DNA of 64,000 nt, taken from assembly GCF_003325475.1 (NCBI RefSeq), contig NZ_CP029495.1, positions 2,631,353-2,695,352 of the forward strand, written 5' to 3'. Each line of letters opens with the position of its first letter. Positions within the stretch are counted from its first letter, which is position 1. The DNA is from Chromobacterium phragmitis (GTDB taxonomy: Bacteria; Pseudomonadota; Gammaproteobacteria; Burkholderiales; Chromobacteriaceae). Positions 48,701 through 57,747 of the stretch are shown in pieces. The translations under genes were made by a program, and so were the position numbers. The notes below the pieces were generated by a model that was not told where the DNA came from, made no database searches, and was given only the letters and a program-made list of their open reading frames with translations.

Positions 48701-48824
48701 CCACCGCCTGCTCGATGTCCCGGCATAAATGCGCCACGCGCGCGGCCGGCTCTCTTACCTTTGCTTGGTCTTTGCTGGCCAATTGTTCTTGCAAGGCGGC
48801 AAAGGCTTCGTGCAGCCGGGTCAT
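48528..48824 (-). CDS. Hypothetical small protein (98 aa from MTRLHEAF…)
   Basis: ORF with GC3-rich codons whose 3' end is the source (or target) of the upstream tandem repeat. Start placed at the internal Met. Confidence 0.5.
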   Translation of the reverse strand: MTRLHEAFAALQEQLASKDQAKVREPAARVAHLCRDIEQAVVEPICHLAHGQLGLQSVIELLACLGDDVRLPSSRITELLAPLDKRMGESLSLLTRVL

Positions 48825-49801
48825 GGCCAGCAGGCTGGGCGGATGGGTGGGGACTTGATTGTGCAGCAGCCAGCGGCTGCGGGCGGGATGACGGTTGTTC
48901 AGGGAAAACGCGAGATGCGATGAACTGCGGGTGATGCTAGGCATGGCAAAACCCTCCTGGATAGGTGCTTAACCCTGCCAACCCCAACGCCAAGTAGGGG
49001 TGGCAGGCACATGGCGGGATTGGCGTACCGATCCAGGAGCGGCGCATCATAGATGCTCCCACCATGGCCCGCCATAGAGGACGTGCAATGGTGTACGGAC
49101 GCGACAAGGCCCAGCCTTGCACAGAAGTCCGCCTGAATGCGGGACGCCAATCCCGGTGCCGCTATTGAACGGCACGATTGAGATTATCCGGCTGGAAGGC
49201 TTGCTAGGCAAGCAATTGGGGCTGGAATAGGGTGTGCTTTGGGGCAGTACGTAGAATCCGCTGCGCGGCTGATGGTTTGGATTGCCGGGGTTGCCCGGCG
49301 GCAGGCTTGAAGGGATTGGGGCGCGTCGCAAACGCGCTTGCGTTTTGCCAGCGATGAATAGGGCATGACATTTTGCCGTGGCTTGCTTAATCGGTAGCTG
49401 AACCGAACCGACTTGCCCCCATCCCATCAGCGCAAGCCGACTTCGGAGCCATTTTCAAGGTTTTAAGACGCCGGTTTGTTCGACGTCGCGCGACGGTAGC
49501 GCGCGGCTAGTTCCGGCGGCTCCTTGAAAATGGCTTCGGAGGCGGGGTTTCGCAGCGCTGTTGGGTCGCCTTTTCTTTCGTCCATTTCTTTTGGCGAAGC
49601 AAAAGAAATGGACCCGTCCAGCCGGGCGGAACCGGCACTTAACGGTCAGTCCGCGAAGCGGACACAAACTAATCTGTATTACGTGGTAGCCGTTTGACCT
49701 TGGTGGCTCAGTCGCGATTTGCGGACTTTAAACGAATTGCGAACTTCAAGCTTTGCTAGGCTAGTGAATGAATTATAATTTTATTGAGTGAAAAGGTGAA
49801 A

Positions 49802-49829
49802 TAAAAAAGCACTTGTTTCTCAAGTGCTT
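49802..49829 (-). terminator. Rho-independent terminator ending the AT-rich island operon
   Basis: AAGCACTTG-agaaa-CAAGTGCTT + T-tract on the minus strand. Confidence 0.75.
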
Positions 49830-49860
49830 CCGAGTGCGGAGCTTTACTTTATTGGGTTGG

Positions 49861-50190
49861 CTAACTATTTTTAATGAGATCTTTCTTTTCAACTTCTTGG
49901 CTTTCAATATTTCTTTTTGTCTCTTTGAAAGCCTGAACAAAACTGTTAATGAGTTTTTCTCTCTTGTTATTCGTTGGTGACAGTTTTTCTCTGCATGATG
50001 TTTTTTCTATTTTCCACCCAGTCCTTATTTTTTCTTTTTTGGTGGCTGGTAAAGAGCTGTTCTCTATTGATCTAAATGATTTAACTTGAGGTAGCGATGA
50101 GCGTAGAGCTTTGTCTAGCTCTATAATAAATATTCTTTCTGACTCGGTTGGAGCTCTAAGTTTATTAATTTTTGCCATTTTTATCTCCAT
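49861..50190 (-). CDS. Lys/Glu-rich hypothetical protein, distal gene of the AT-rich island
   Basis: 109 aa, strongly AT-biased codons, 15 bp downstream of the 570-aa gene on the same strand. Confidence 0.5.
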   Translation of the reverse strand: MEIKMAKINKLRAPTESERIFIIELDKALRSSLPQVKSFRSIENSSLPATKKEKIRTGWKIEKTSCREKLSPTNNKREKLINSFVQAFKETKRNIESQEVEKKDLIKNS

Positions 50191-50205
50191 AATGAGCTGT
50201 GGAAA

Positions 50206-51918
50206 TTAACCTAGCCACTGAGCTGGATTGCTAATTTTCAGTGGCTCAGCCCCCATAAGTTCAAATCTGACAGCATTGTCATCAGTACGATTATCCATCG
50301 TTACCTGTTGACTCTGCATTGCCGCTAAAGATAAAAGAAAGCCATGATGGCGATCTGGCAATATCAAATGTTGAGTCTTTCCCGTGTGGTGCTTCCAAAG
50401 GGCGACGGAGCGAACTCCGTTAGTTTCTTGTCGATTTGATCTATCTACCATCGCGGCAGAAGTAACACTTAAAATTGCTGATCCGGGGTCATCAGCTAGT
50501 ACTGTTGCATAACGAGCCGGCCAGCGTGTTGTGAGCTGTGGCCCATCCATCAGTAATGCTATCACGAGGTTGGGTCCGATAGCTCGTACAGCAGGAAGTG
50601 CGGGATCGTTACGTGCCAAATCCTCACATACCAAGACGGCTATACACGCATCTCTCTGGATTGTATAGAACGGTAGATGTCTTTCTGCCACGTCAATGTG
50701 CTCCCACCAGTCAACATTACTGTCTGCCGGGAATGATGAAAAGTTGTAACGTTGCGTTTGTGCAACATCAAGCTTCCATCTGTGATGCTTTGAGTGTTCG
50801 TATTGAAAAAATTCCTCATTATCAACAAGGAAATATGACATTGCTTTGTTTTTTGGGATTTTATTTGGAACGCTACTTATAACACCTGAAATTAAAATTC
50901 TAAGGCCATTTATATATTCATCCCTAGCTAAAATACGAGCGAGCTCATATGAAACCTCTTCAGTCAGTGAACACTCTGGGAAGATAACACAATCAATTTT
51001 TTTGTAGTGTCTTCTTGATTCAAGTAGAAGAGGTTTGACAAGATCATTGTATATATTCTTGGCAATTTCACATGGTTGCTCTTTTCCAAAACCTGGTATC
51101 CAAGATGGGTCTAGTTCAAAGTAGCCAAATTTTTTAATATTTTTCTTACTCGCTTTGGGGGGACATCTTGGTCTTATTGCAGTCGCTTTCATTTCAAATG
51201 GATACGGGATGAATAGAGCATTAAATCTTGTTTCGTCAGATAATAGAAAGTTTTCAGGGCTTAAAGATTCGACATTTTGCAATGAGTTCCAAGAAATTTT
51301 CAGCTTAGGCTGAGCTTCATGAAGTGCAAGGTGATGACTTAAAGATCGAATTGAAAATCCTACGGATGGGCATATTGACTTTGGTGTGACTACAGCTCTT
51401 TGGGGAGGTATTGCGTAGCATAAGGAGAATGGAAAGTATGGAGGCCTAAGGCATTCAAGTTTTTGACTTGTAATTGCCTGTAAGTTATCTATTTTCATTA
51501 ATTTTGGGAAGAGCAGTCCGCTAAAAACGGAGTCTTGAAAGTCTAATCCCCAACCTAACCCTGCTGAAGCTTCGTCAGAGCAAGTAAATAAAAAATGTAT
51601 TTCTGAGACTAATTTCTCATCTCTATATATTTGATCAATTGCAGTTAATCTTTTCTTGTAGATGTAAGACCAGCTTCTTTTTATTTCTGAAGGAGGAGAG
51701 AAATTATCTTTCCATTCTGAGGCTACGGATGATATTGACTTCCTGCGAGTAAACTTTTTGGGATTTAAAAGGACGGCTTTTTCCATTATGGTTGCAGTAA
51801 AAGCAAACGTATCTGATGGCCAAGATGGACAATTTTCTACGGATTTTCCAAAGTTAAAATTTTCATTACTTTGTGTCCCATTTGGGAATAGAAATTCTAT
51901 CATGTCTTGTATGTTCAT
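50206..51918 (-). CDS. Large hypothetical protein of the AT-rich island; C-terminal half has a candidate nitrilase/CN-hydrolase-like Glu-Lys-Cys triad
   Basis: 570 aa uninterrupted ORF in a region of about 35-40% G+C (estimate by eye). Motifs VIFPE (E315), YEHSKHH (K377) and VLVCEDL (C431), spaced as in the nitrilase superfamily. N-terminal 300 aa show no recognisable domain. Confidence 0.55.
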   Translation of the reverse strand: MNIQDMIEFLFPNGTQSNENFNFGKSVENCPSWPSDTFAFTATIMEKAVLLNPKKFTRRKSISSVASEWKDNFSPPSEIKRSWSYIYKKRLTAIDQIYRDEKLVSEIHFLFTCSDEASAGLGWGLDFQDSVFSGLLFPKLMKIDNLQAITSQKLECLRPPYFPFSLCYAIPPQRAVVTPKSICPSVGFSIRSLSHHLALHEAQPKLKISWNSLQNVESLSPENFLLSDETRFNALFIPYPFEMKATAIRPRCPPKASKKNIKKFGYFELDPSWIPGFGKEQPCEIAKNIYNDLVKPLLLESRRHYKKIDCVIFPECSLTEEVSYELARILARDEYINGLRILISGVISSVPNKIPKNKAMSYFLVDNEEFFQYEHSKHHRWKLDVAQTQRYNFSSFPADSNVDWWEHIDVAERHLPFYTIQRDACIAVLVCEDLARNDPALPAVRAIGPNLVIALLMDGPQLTTRWPARYATVLADDPGSAILSVTSAAMVDRSNRQETNGVRSVALWKHHTGKTQHLILPDRHHGFLLSLAAMQSQQVTMDNRTDDNAVRFELMGAEPLKISNPAQWLG

Positions 51919-52021
51919 AATTTCTCTCTCAACAATCTCTTCCCGAAATTTCTATACCCGTATAGGTATATGGATTTTTTACCGTGGTGTGACTTTATAA
52001 GTAGGTATTTTAATGAATGAA

Positions 52022-52054
52022 AAAAGCCGCCCACCTTGCAGTGAGCGGCTTTCT
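52022..52054 (-). terminator. Rho-independent terminator downstream of lysS
   Basis: AAGCCGC…GCGGCTT stem with a T7 tract on the transcribed strand. Confidence 0.6.
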
Positions 52055-52080
52055 CATCAGCCCAGTGTCTGGACTAAATC

Positions 52081-53589
52081 TTACTCCGGACGCATATGCG
52101 GGAACAAGATTACATCTCGGATAGACGGCGCATCCGTCAACAACATCACCAAACGGTCGATGCCGATGCCGCAACCACCAGTCGGCGGCAGGCCGTATTC
52201 CATCGCGCGGATGTAGTCGGCGTCGTAGTGCATCGCCTCGTCGTCGCCGGCGTCCTTCTGCGCCACTTGCGCCTGGAAGCGCGCGGCCTGGTCTTCCGGA
52301 TCGTTCAACTCGGAATAGCCGTTGGCGTGCTCGCGGCCGACGATGAACAGCTCGAAACGCTCGGTCAGGCCCGGCTGGGTGTCGGAGCCGCGTGCCAGCG
52401 GGGAGACTTCCACCGGGTAGTCGATGATGAAGGTCGGGTTCCACAGCAGCGACTCGGCGCATTCTTCGAACAGCGCCAGCTGCAGGCTGCCCAGGCCCGG
52501 CGCCGGGGGCAGCTTGCCGCCCAGGCGCTTGATCTCGCTGGCCACCCAGGCGGAATCGGACAGTTGCGCGTCGGTGTATTGCGGGTTGTAGTGCTTGATC
52601 GCTTCCACGATGGTGAAACGGTCGAACGGTTTGCCCAGGTCCACTTCCTTGCCTTGGTAGGTCACGGTGGTGGCGCCGCAGGAAACCAGCGCGCATTCGC
52701 GGATGATGGTTTCGGTCATCTCCATCATGCGCTGGTAGTCGCTGTACGCTTCGTAGAACTCGATCATGGTGAACTCGGGGTTGTGGCGCGTGCTCATCCC
52801 CTCGTTGCGGAAGTTGCGGTTGATCTCGAACACGCGTTCCAGGCCGCCCACCACCAGGCGCTTCAGGTACAGCTCCGGGGCGATGCGCAGGTAGAGCGGC
52901 ATGTCCAGGGCGTTGTGGTGGGTGACGAAGGGCTTGGCCGACGCGCCGCCCGGGATCGGGTGCATCATCGGGGTTTCCACTTCCAGGTAGCCTTCGCCCA
53001 CCATCACGTCGCGCACTTTCTGCACGATCTTGGAGCGCTTGATGAAGGTGTCGCGGCTTTCCTCGCTCATGATGAGGTCGGCGTAGCGCTGGCGGTACTT
53101 GGTTTCCTGATCGGCGATGCCGTGGAATTTTTCCGGCAGCGGACGGATGTTCTTGGACAGCATGCGCACTTCGGTGGCTTGCACGGTCAGTTCGCCGGTC
53201 TTGGTCTTGAACAGCAGGCCCTTGACGGCGATGATGTCACCCAGGTCCCAGCGCTTGAAGTCGGCGTAGACGTCTTCGCCCACGTTGTCGCGGGAGATGA
53301 AGGCCTGGATGCGGCCGCTCACGTCTTGCAGCGTGGCGAAGCTGGCTTTGCCCATCACACGTTTAAGCATCATGCGGCCGGCGACGGCGACTTCGATTTT
53401 CTCGGCTTCCAGCGCTTCCGCTTCTTTGGCGGCGTGGTCGTCCTGCAGCGGTTTGGCGAAGTGGCTGCGTTTGAAGTCGTTGGGGTAGGCGATGCCTTTT
53501 TCGCGGATCGCCTGCAGTTTCAGGCGGCGTTCCGCCATGATCTGGTTTTCGTCTTGGCTTTGCGCCTGTGCTTGTTCGTGATCAGACAT
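52081..53589 (-). CDS. lysS: Lysyl-tRNA synthetase (class II)
   Basis: 502 aa. N-terminal OB anticodon-binding domain and class II motifs 1-3 (…FRNEG…; …[15 protein letters not shown]…). Confidence 0.95.
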   Translation of the reverse strand: MSDHEQAQAQSQDENQIMAERRLKLQAIREKGIAYPNDFKRSHFAKPLQDDHAAKEAEALEAEKIEVAVAGRMMLKRVMGKASFATLQDVSGRIQAFISRDNVGEDVYADFKRWDLGDIIAVKGLLFKTKTGELTVQATEVRMLSKNIRPLPEKFHGIADQETKYRQRYADLIMSEESRDTFIKRSKIVQKVRDVMVGEGYLEVETPMMHPIPGGASAKPFVTHHNALDMPLYLRIAPELYLKRLVVGGLERVFEINRNFRNEGMSTRHNPEFTMIEFYEAYSDYQRMMEMTETIIRECALVSCGATTVTYQGKEVDLGKPFDRFTIVEAIKHYNPQYTDAQLSDSAWVASEIKRLGGKLPPAPGLGSLQLALFEECAESLLWNPTFIIDYPVEVSPLARGSDTQPGLTERFELFIVGREHANGYSELNDPEDQAARFQAQVAQKDAGDDEAMHYDADYIRAMEYGLPPTGGCGIGIDRLVMLLTDAPSIRDVILFPHMRPE

Positions 53590-53679
53590 GATGACTCCGT
53601 GCCGGGTAGGGTTCCTTCGGCAATTAACTAAAAGTACAACGCGAAGGCCGGCCCCGCGGAGGGGCCGGCCCGATATGGC

Positions 53680-54787
53680 TTAGACGCCGTGCTTGAGGCT
53701 GGCTTCGATGAAGCCGTCCAGGTCGCCGTCCATGACGCCCTTGATGTTGCCCACTTCGTAGCTGGTGCGCAAATCCTTGATGCGGGACTGGTCGAACACG
53801 TAGGAGCGGATCTGGTGGCCCCAGCCCACGTCGGTCTTGGTGTCTTCCAGCGCCTGCTTGGCCTCGTTGCGCTTCTTGAGCTCCAGCTCGTACAGTTTGG
53901 CGCGCAGCATCTGCCAGGCCTCGTCGCGGTTGCGGTGCTGGGAACGGTCGTTCTGGCACTGCACCACGATATTGGTCGGGATGTGGGTCAGACGCACGGC
54001 GGAGTCGGTCTTGTTGATGTGCTGACCGCCGGCGCCGGAGGCGCGGTAGGTATCGGTGCGCACGTCCGCCGGGTTGATGTCGATCTCGAAGCTGTCGTCC
54101 ACTTCCGGATACACGAACACCGACGAGAACGAGGTGTGGCGGCGGGCGTTGGAGTCGAACGGCGACACGCGCACCAGGCGGTGCACGCCCACTTCGGTGC
54201 GCAGCAGGCCGTAGGCGTATTCGCCCTCTATCTTCAGCGTGGCGCTGGTGACGCCGGCCACTTCGCCTTCGGACAGTTCCAGCACGTCCACCTTGAAGCC
54301 CTTGCGCTCGGCGTAGCGGGTGTACATGCGCAGCAGCATGCCGGCCCAGTCCTGGGCTTCGGTGCCGCCGGCGCCGGCCTGGATGTCGATGAAGCAGTTG
54401 GTCGGGTCCATCGGGTCGTGGAACATGCGGCGGAATTCCATCTTCGCCACTTTCTCTTCCACTTCTTCCAGATCGGCCTGAACCGCGAGGATGGTGTCGT
54501 CGTCTTCCTCGCTCTTGCCCATGTCGAACAGTTCGCGGCTGTCGCCGATGGTGGCGTTGATGCTGTCCAGCACCAGCACCACGTCTTCCAGCTGTTTGCG
54601 TTCGCGGCCCAGATCCTGCGCCTTTTTGGGGTCGTTCCAGATATCCGGGTCTTCGGTCAGGCGGCTGACTTCTTCCAGACGGTCTTTTTTACCGTCGTAG
54701 TCAAAGATACCCCCGAATATCGGCGGCGCGGGCGGCCAGGTCTTCGATTTTGGCCGCGATTTGGTTCAAAACTTCAACTTCGATCAT
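53680..54787 (-). CDS. prfB: Peptide chain release factor 2 with programmed +1 frameshift
   Basis: Frame 0 from ATG 54787: [28 protein letters not shown] then in-frame TGA within AGG GGG TAT CTT TGA C (minus strand, about 54703-54718). +1 frame continues [12 protein letters not shown]… through the SPF/GGQ domain ([16 protein letters not shown]). Classic prfB-lysS operon. Confidence 0.92.
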
Positions 54788-54850
54788 GCTTTCGCTCCAA
54801 ATGGCAGTCTGTATTAGTAAATTCAAATGTATTTTCGCGGTTTGACCAAA

Positions 54851-54877
54851 GACAAAAAGCGCACCGTTTGGTGCGCT
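54851..54877 (-). terminator. Rho-independent terminator downstream of mdh
   Basis: AGCGCACC-aaac-GGTGCGCT with T-tract on the transcribed strand. Confidence 0.7.
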
Positions 54878-54899
54878 TCTCTTCGGTCAGGCTGGAAAA

Positions 54900-55880
54900 T
54901 CAGCCAAACAGGTGAGCGATGGCTGCGCGCTCTTCTTCCAGCTCGGCCAGGGTCAGGTCCATCCGCTCGCGGCTGAACGCGTCGATCTCCAGGCCTTCTA
55001 CACGTTTGTATTCGCCATTTTCGCATACTACCGGCACGCCGTACATCACGCCTTCCGGGATGCCGTAGGAGCCGTCGGACGGAATGCCCATGGTCACCCA
55101 CTTGCCGTTGCTGCCCAGCACCCAGTCGCGGATGTGGTCGATGGCGGCGTTGGCGGCGGAGGCGGCGGAGGACAGGCCGCGCGCTTCGATGATGGCGGCG
55201 CCGCGCTTGCCCACGGTGGGCAGGAACACGTCGCGGTTCCACACGTCGTCGTTGATCATGGCCTTGACCGGCTGGCCGTCGATGGTGGCGAAGCGGTAGT
55301 CGGCGTACATGGTCGGCGAGTGGTTGCCCCACACCGCCAGCTTCTCGATGGAGGCCACCGGCTTGCCGGTCTTGGCGGCGATTTGCGACAGCGCGCGATT
55401 GTGGTCAAGACGCAACATGGCGGTGAAGTTTTTCGGGTCCAGGTCCGGAGCCGACTTCATCGCGATCCAGGCGTTGGTGTTGGCCGGGTTGCCCACCACC
55501 AGCACCTTGACGTCGCGGGCGGCGTGGTCGTTCAGCGCCTTGCCCTGCACGGTGAAGATGGCGCCGTTGGCTTCCAGCAGGTCCTTGCGCTCCATGCCCT
55601 TGCTGCGCGGGCGGGCGCCCACCAGCAGGGCCACCTTCACATCCTTGAAGGCCACGTTCGGGTCGTCGGTGGCCACCATGTCGGCCAGCAGCGGGAAGGC
55701 GCAGTCTTGCAGCTCCATCATCACGCCCTTCAGCGCGGTTTGAGCCTGCGGCAGGTCCAGCAAGTGAAGAATGACCGGTTGATCCTTGCCCAGCATTTCA
55801 CCACTGGCGATGCGGAACAGCAGGCTGTAGCCGATTTGACCGGCTGCGCCGGTAACGGCGACGCGAACGGGGGCTTTCAT
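54900..55880 (-). CDS. mdh: Malate dehydrogenase (LDH-like MDH)
   Basis: 326 aa. NAD-binding GAAGQIGY and catalytic …LDHNRA… motifs. Confidence 0.92.
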   Translation of the reverse strand: MKAPVRVAVTGAAGQIGYSLLFRIASGEMLGKDQPVILHLLDLPQAQTALKGVMMELQDCAFPLLADMVATDDPNVAFKDVKVALLVGARPRSKGMERKDLLEANGAIFTVQGKALNDHAARDVKVLVVGNPANTNAWIAMKSAPDLDPKNFTAMLRLDHNRALSQIAAKTGKPVASIEKLAVWGNHSPTMYADYRFATIDGQPVKAMINDDVWNRDVFLPTVGKRGAAIIEARGLSSAASAANAAIDHIRDWVLGSNGKWVTMGIPSDGSYGIPEGVMYGVPVVCENGEYKRVEGLEIDAFSRERMDLTLAELEEERAAIAHLFG

Positions 55881-56079
55881 TGGCGGACTCTCCTTTGATG
55901 TATCCGATAATGAGCTGCAGATGTTGCTCTGCAGTATAGATGTGGCGGGAAGTGTATCACGGCTGTTTATCGATTTGGGCTAATCAGTCAAGAATATGGT
56001 GGCAAACGACCGTTTAAGTTTTATATCTTATATAAGACTTGTATTTACGCTTGATTTGTTTGGTGTTACAACACAGACC

Positions 56080-56814
56080 ATGACAGCCAATACGCTGAAA
56101 AGACAGCCGCTTTATGCTCAGGTCAAACGGCTGCTGCTGCAGCGGATGAGCGAGGGCGAATGGCAAGCGCACGACGCGCTGCCCAGCGAATGGGAGCTGG
56201 CCGACGCGCTGGGCGCGAGCCAGGGCACGGTGAGGAAGGCGTTGTCCGAACTGGTGGAGGCGGGCTTGCTGTACCGCCAGCAGGGGCGGGGCACTTTCGC
56301 CGCGCCGGTGCAGGGCGATTGGGGCGAGGCCTCGTTGCTGACGCCGGGCTTGTTTTCGGAGCGGCCGGACGAACTGGTCAGGGAATTTCTCGGCATGTCC
56401 CGGCTCAATGCCAGCGAGGACATCGCCGAGGCTTTGCAATTGCGGCGCTTGGCGCCTTTATTGAGAATTCGCCAGCTGTGGCGCTGGCACGGCGCGCCGG
56501 TGGCGCTGGACGACGCGCTGCTGCCGGCGGAGGCGTTCGACGGCATGGACGCGCGCTGGCTGCGCAATTCGGCCGGCGTGTACGCGACGCTGCAGCAGCG
56601 CTTCGGCGTGCGGGTCCGGGTGGCGTGCGAGCAGTTCCGCGCCGAGATGCTGCCGCGCGAGGAGGCGGGGCTGCTGGGCGTGACCGGCATGGTGGCCGAC
56701 GTGCCGGCGCTGTGCCTGCTGCGTTTGTCGACGGACATGGACGGCAGGCCGGTGGAGTGGCGGCAGCGTTACTGCCTGACGCACCAGCTGGCCTATACAG
56801 TGAAACACGGTTGA
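56080..56814 (+). CDS. GntR-family (HutC/UTRA subclass) transcriptional regulator
   Basis: wHTH (…LPSEWELADALGASQGTVRKAL…) plus UTRA-like C-terminal domain. Start at internal Met MTANTLK. Confidence 0.75.
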   Translation: MTANTLKRQPLYAQVKRLLLQRMSEGEWQAHDALPSEWELADALGASQGTVRKALSELVEAGLLYRQQGRGTFAAPVQGDWGEASLLTPGLFSERPDELVREFLGMSRLNASEDIAEALQLRRLAPLLRIRQLWRWHGAPVALDDALLPAEAFDGMDARWLRNSAGVYATLQQRFGVRVRVACEQFRAEMLPREEAGLLGVTGMVADVPALCLLRLSTDMDGRPVEWRQRYCLTHQLAYTVKHG

Positions 56815-57031
56815 ACGCCGCGCTTGTTGACGCAGGTTAAACGGCGAGCGGTCAGCGGGATAGACCAACATTTGTTAGAATCCCCCGCGCATATTGCAGA
56901 TGCATTGCGCAATATGCCAGGTAACGGCGGATACCGCTCCAAGGAAAAAGGACGGGTCCGCCAGGCGCTTCGCCCGCGGTGGGCGGGCGTCATGTAAACC
57001 ACTTGGTCACAAAACATCCAAGGAAAGCCTT

Positions 57032-57409
57032 ATGCAGAAGCAAAGACCGAAGCATCTGGACTTGGCCAGGATCAGACTGCCCGTTCCGGGTTTCGTCTCC
57101 ATCCTGCACCGGGTCAGTGGTGTGGCGTTGTTCTTTTCCCTCCCGCTGTTGATCTATCTGCTGCACGGTTCGCTCAGCTCCGCCGAATCGTTCGACACCT
57201 ACAAGGCGGTAGTGTCCCACCCGCTGATGAAGCTGGCATTGCTGGGCCTGATCTGGGCCTATCTGCATCACTTCTGCGCCGGCATTCGCTTCCTGTTTCT
57301 CGACATTCACAAAGGTCTCGAACTCGAGACCGCCCGCGCGACCGCCAAGACCGTGCTGGTCGTCAGCCTGGTGCTGACCGTGGTTCTGGGAGGTATCGCT
57401 CTATGGTAA
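57032..57409 (+). CDS. sdhC: Succinate dehydrogenase cytochrome b556 subunit
   Basis: MQKQRPKHLDL…ILHRVSGV… N-terminus typical of SdhC. Confidence 0.88.
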   Translation: MQKQRPKHLDLARIRLPVPGFVSILHRVSGVALFFSLPLLIYLLHGSLSSAESFDTYKAVVSHPLMKLALLGLIWAYLHHFCAGIRFLFLDIHKGLELETARATAKTVLVVSLVLTVVLGGIALW

Positions 57410-57747
57410 ACCGTCACGTCGTCGGCGCCGGCTATGGCCTGCGCGACTGGATCATGCAGCGCGTCACCGCCGTGGTGATGGTGCTTTACACCGTAGCCAT
57501 GGCGCTGTTCCTGCTGGCGCTGCCTTCCGGCTACGAAGGCTGGAAATCCTTGTTCAGCCATACCTGGGTCCAGCTGTTCACCCAGGTGACCTTGCTGGCG
57601 CTGTTCCTGCACGTATGGGTGGGCATCCGCGACGTATGGATGGACTATGTGAAGCCGGTGGGCATCCGCCTGGCGCTGCACATGTTCACCATTCTGTGGC
57701 TGGTTTCCTGTTTCATCTATTCCGTTAAAGTGGTCTGGGGGCTGTAA
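57403..57747 (+). CDS. sdhD: Succinate dehydrogenase hydrophobic membrane anchor
   Basis: 114 aa, three TM helices, overlaps sdhC end and sdhA start. Confidence 0.85.
   Translation: MVNRHVVGAGYGLRDWIMQRVTAVVMVLYTVAMALFLLALPSGYEGWKSLFSHTWVQLFTQVTLLALFLHVWVGIRDVWMDYVKPVGIRLALHMFTILWLVSCFIYSVKVVWGL

Noticed and set aside
52096-54915. + strand ORFs of 511 and 408 aa
   Set aside because: Antisense to lysS and prfB, both of which are confidently identified.
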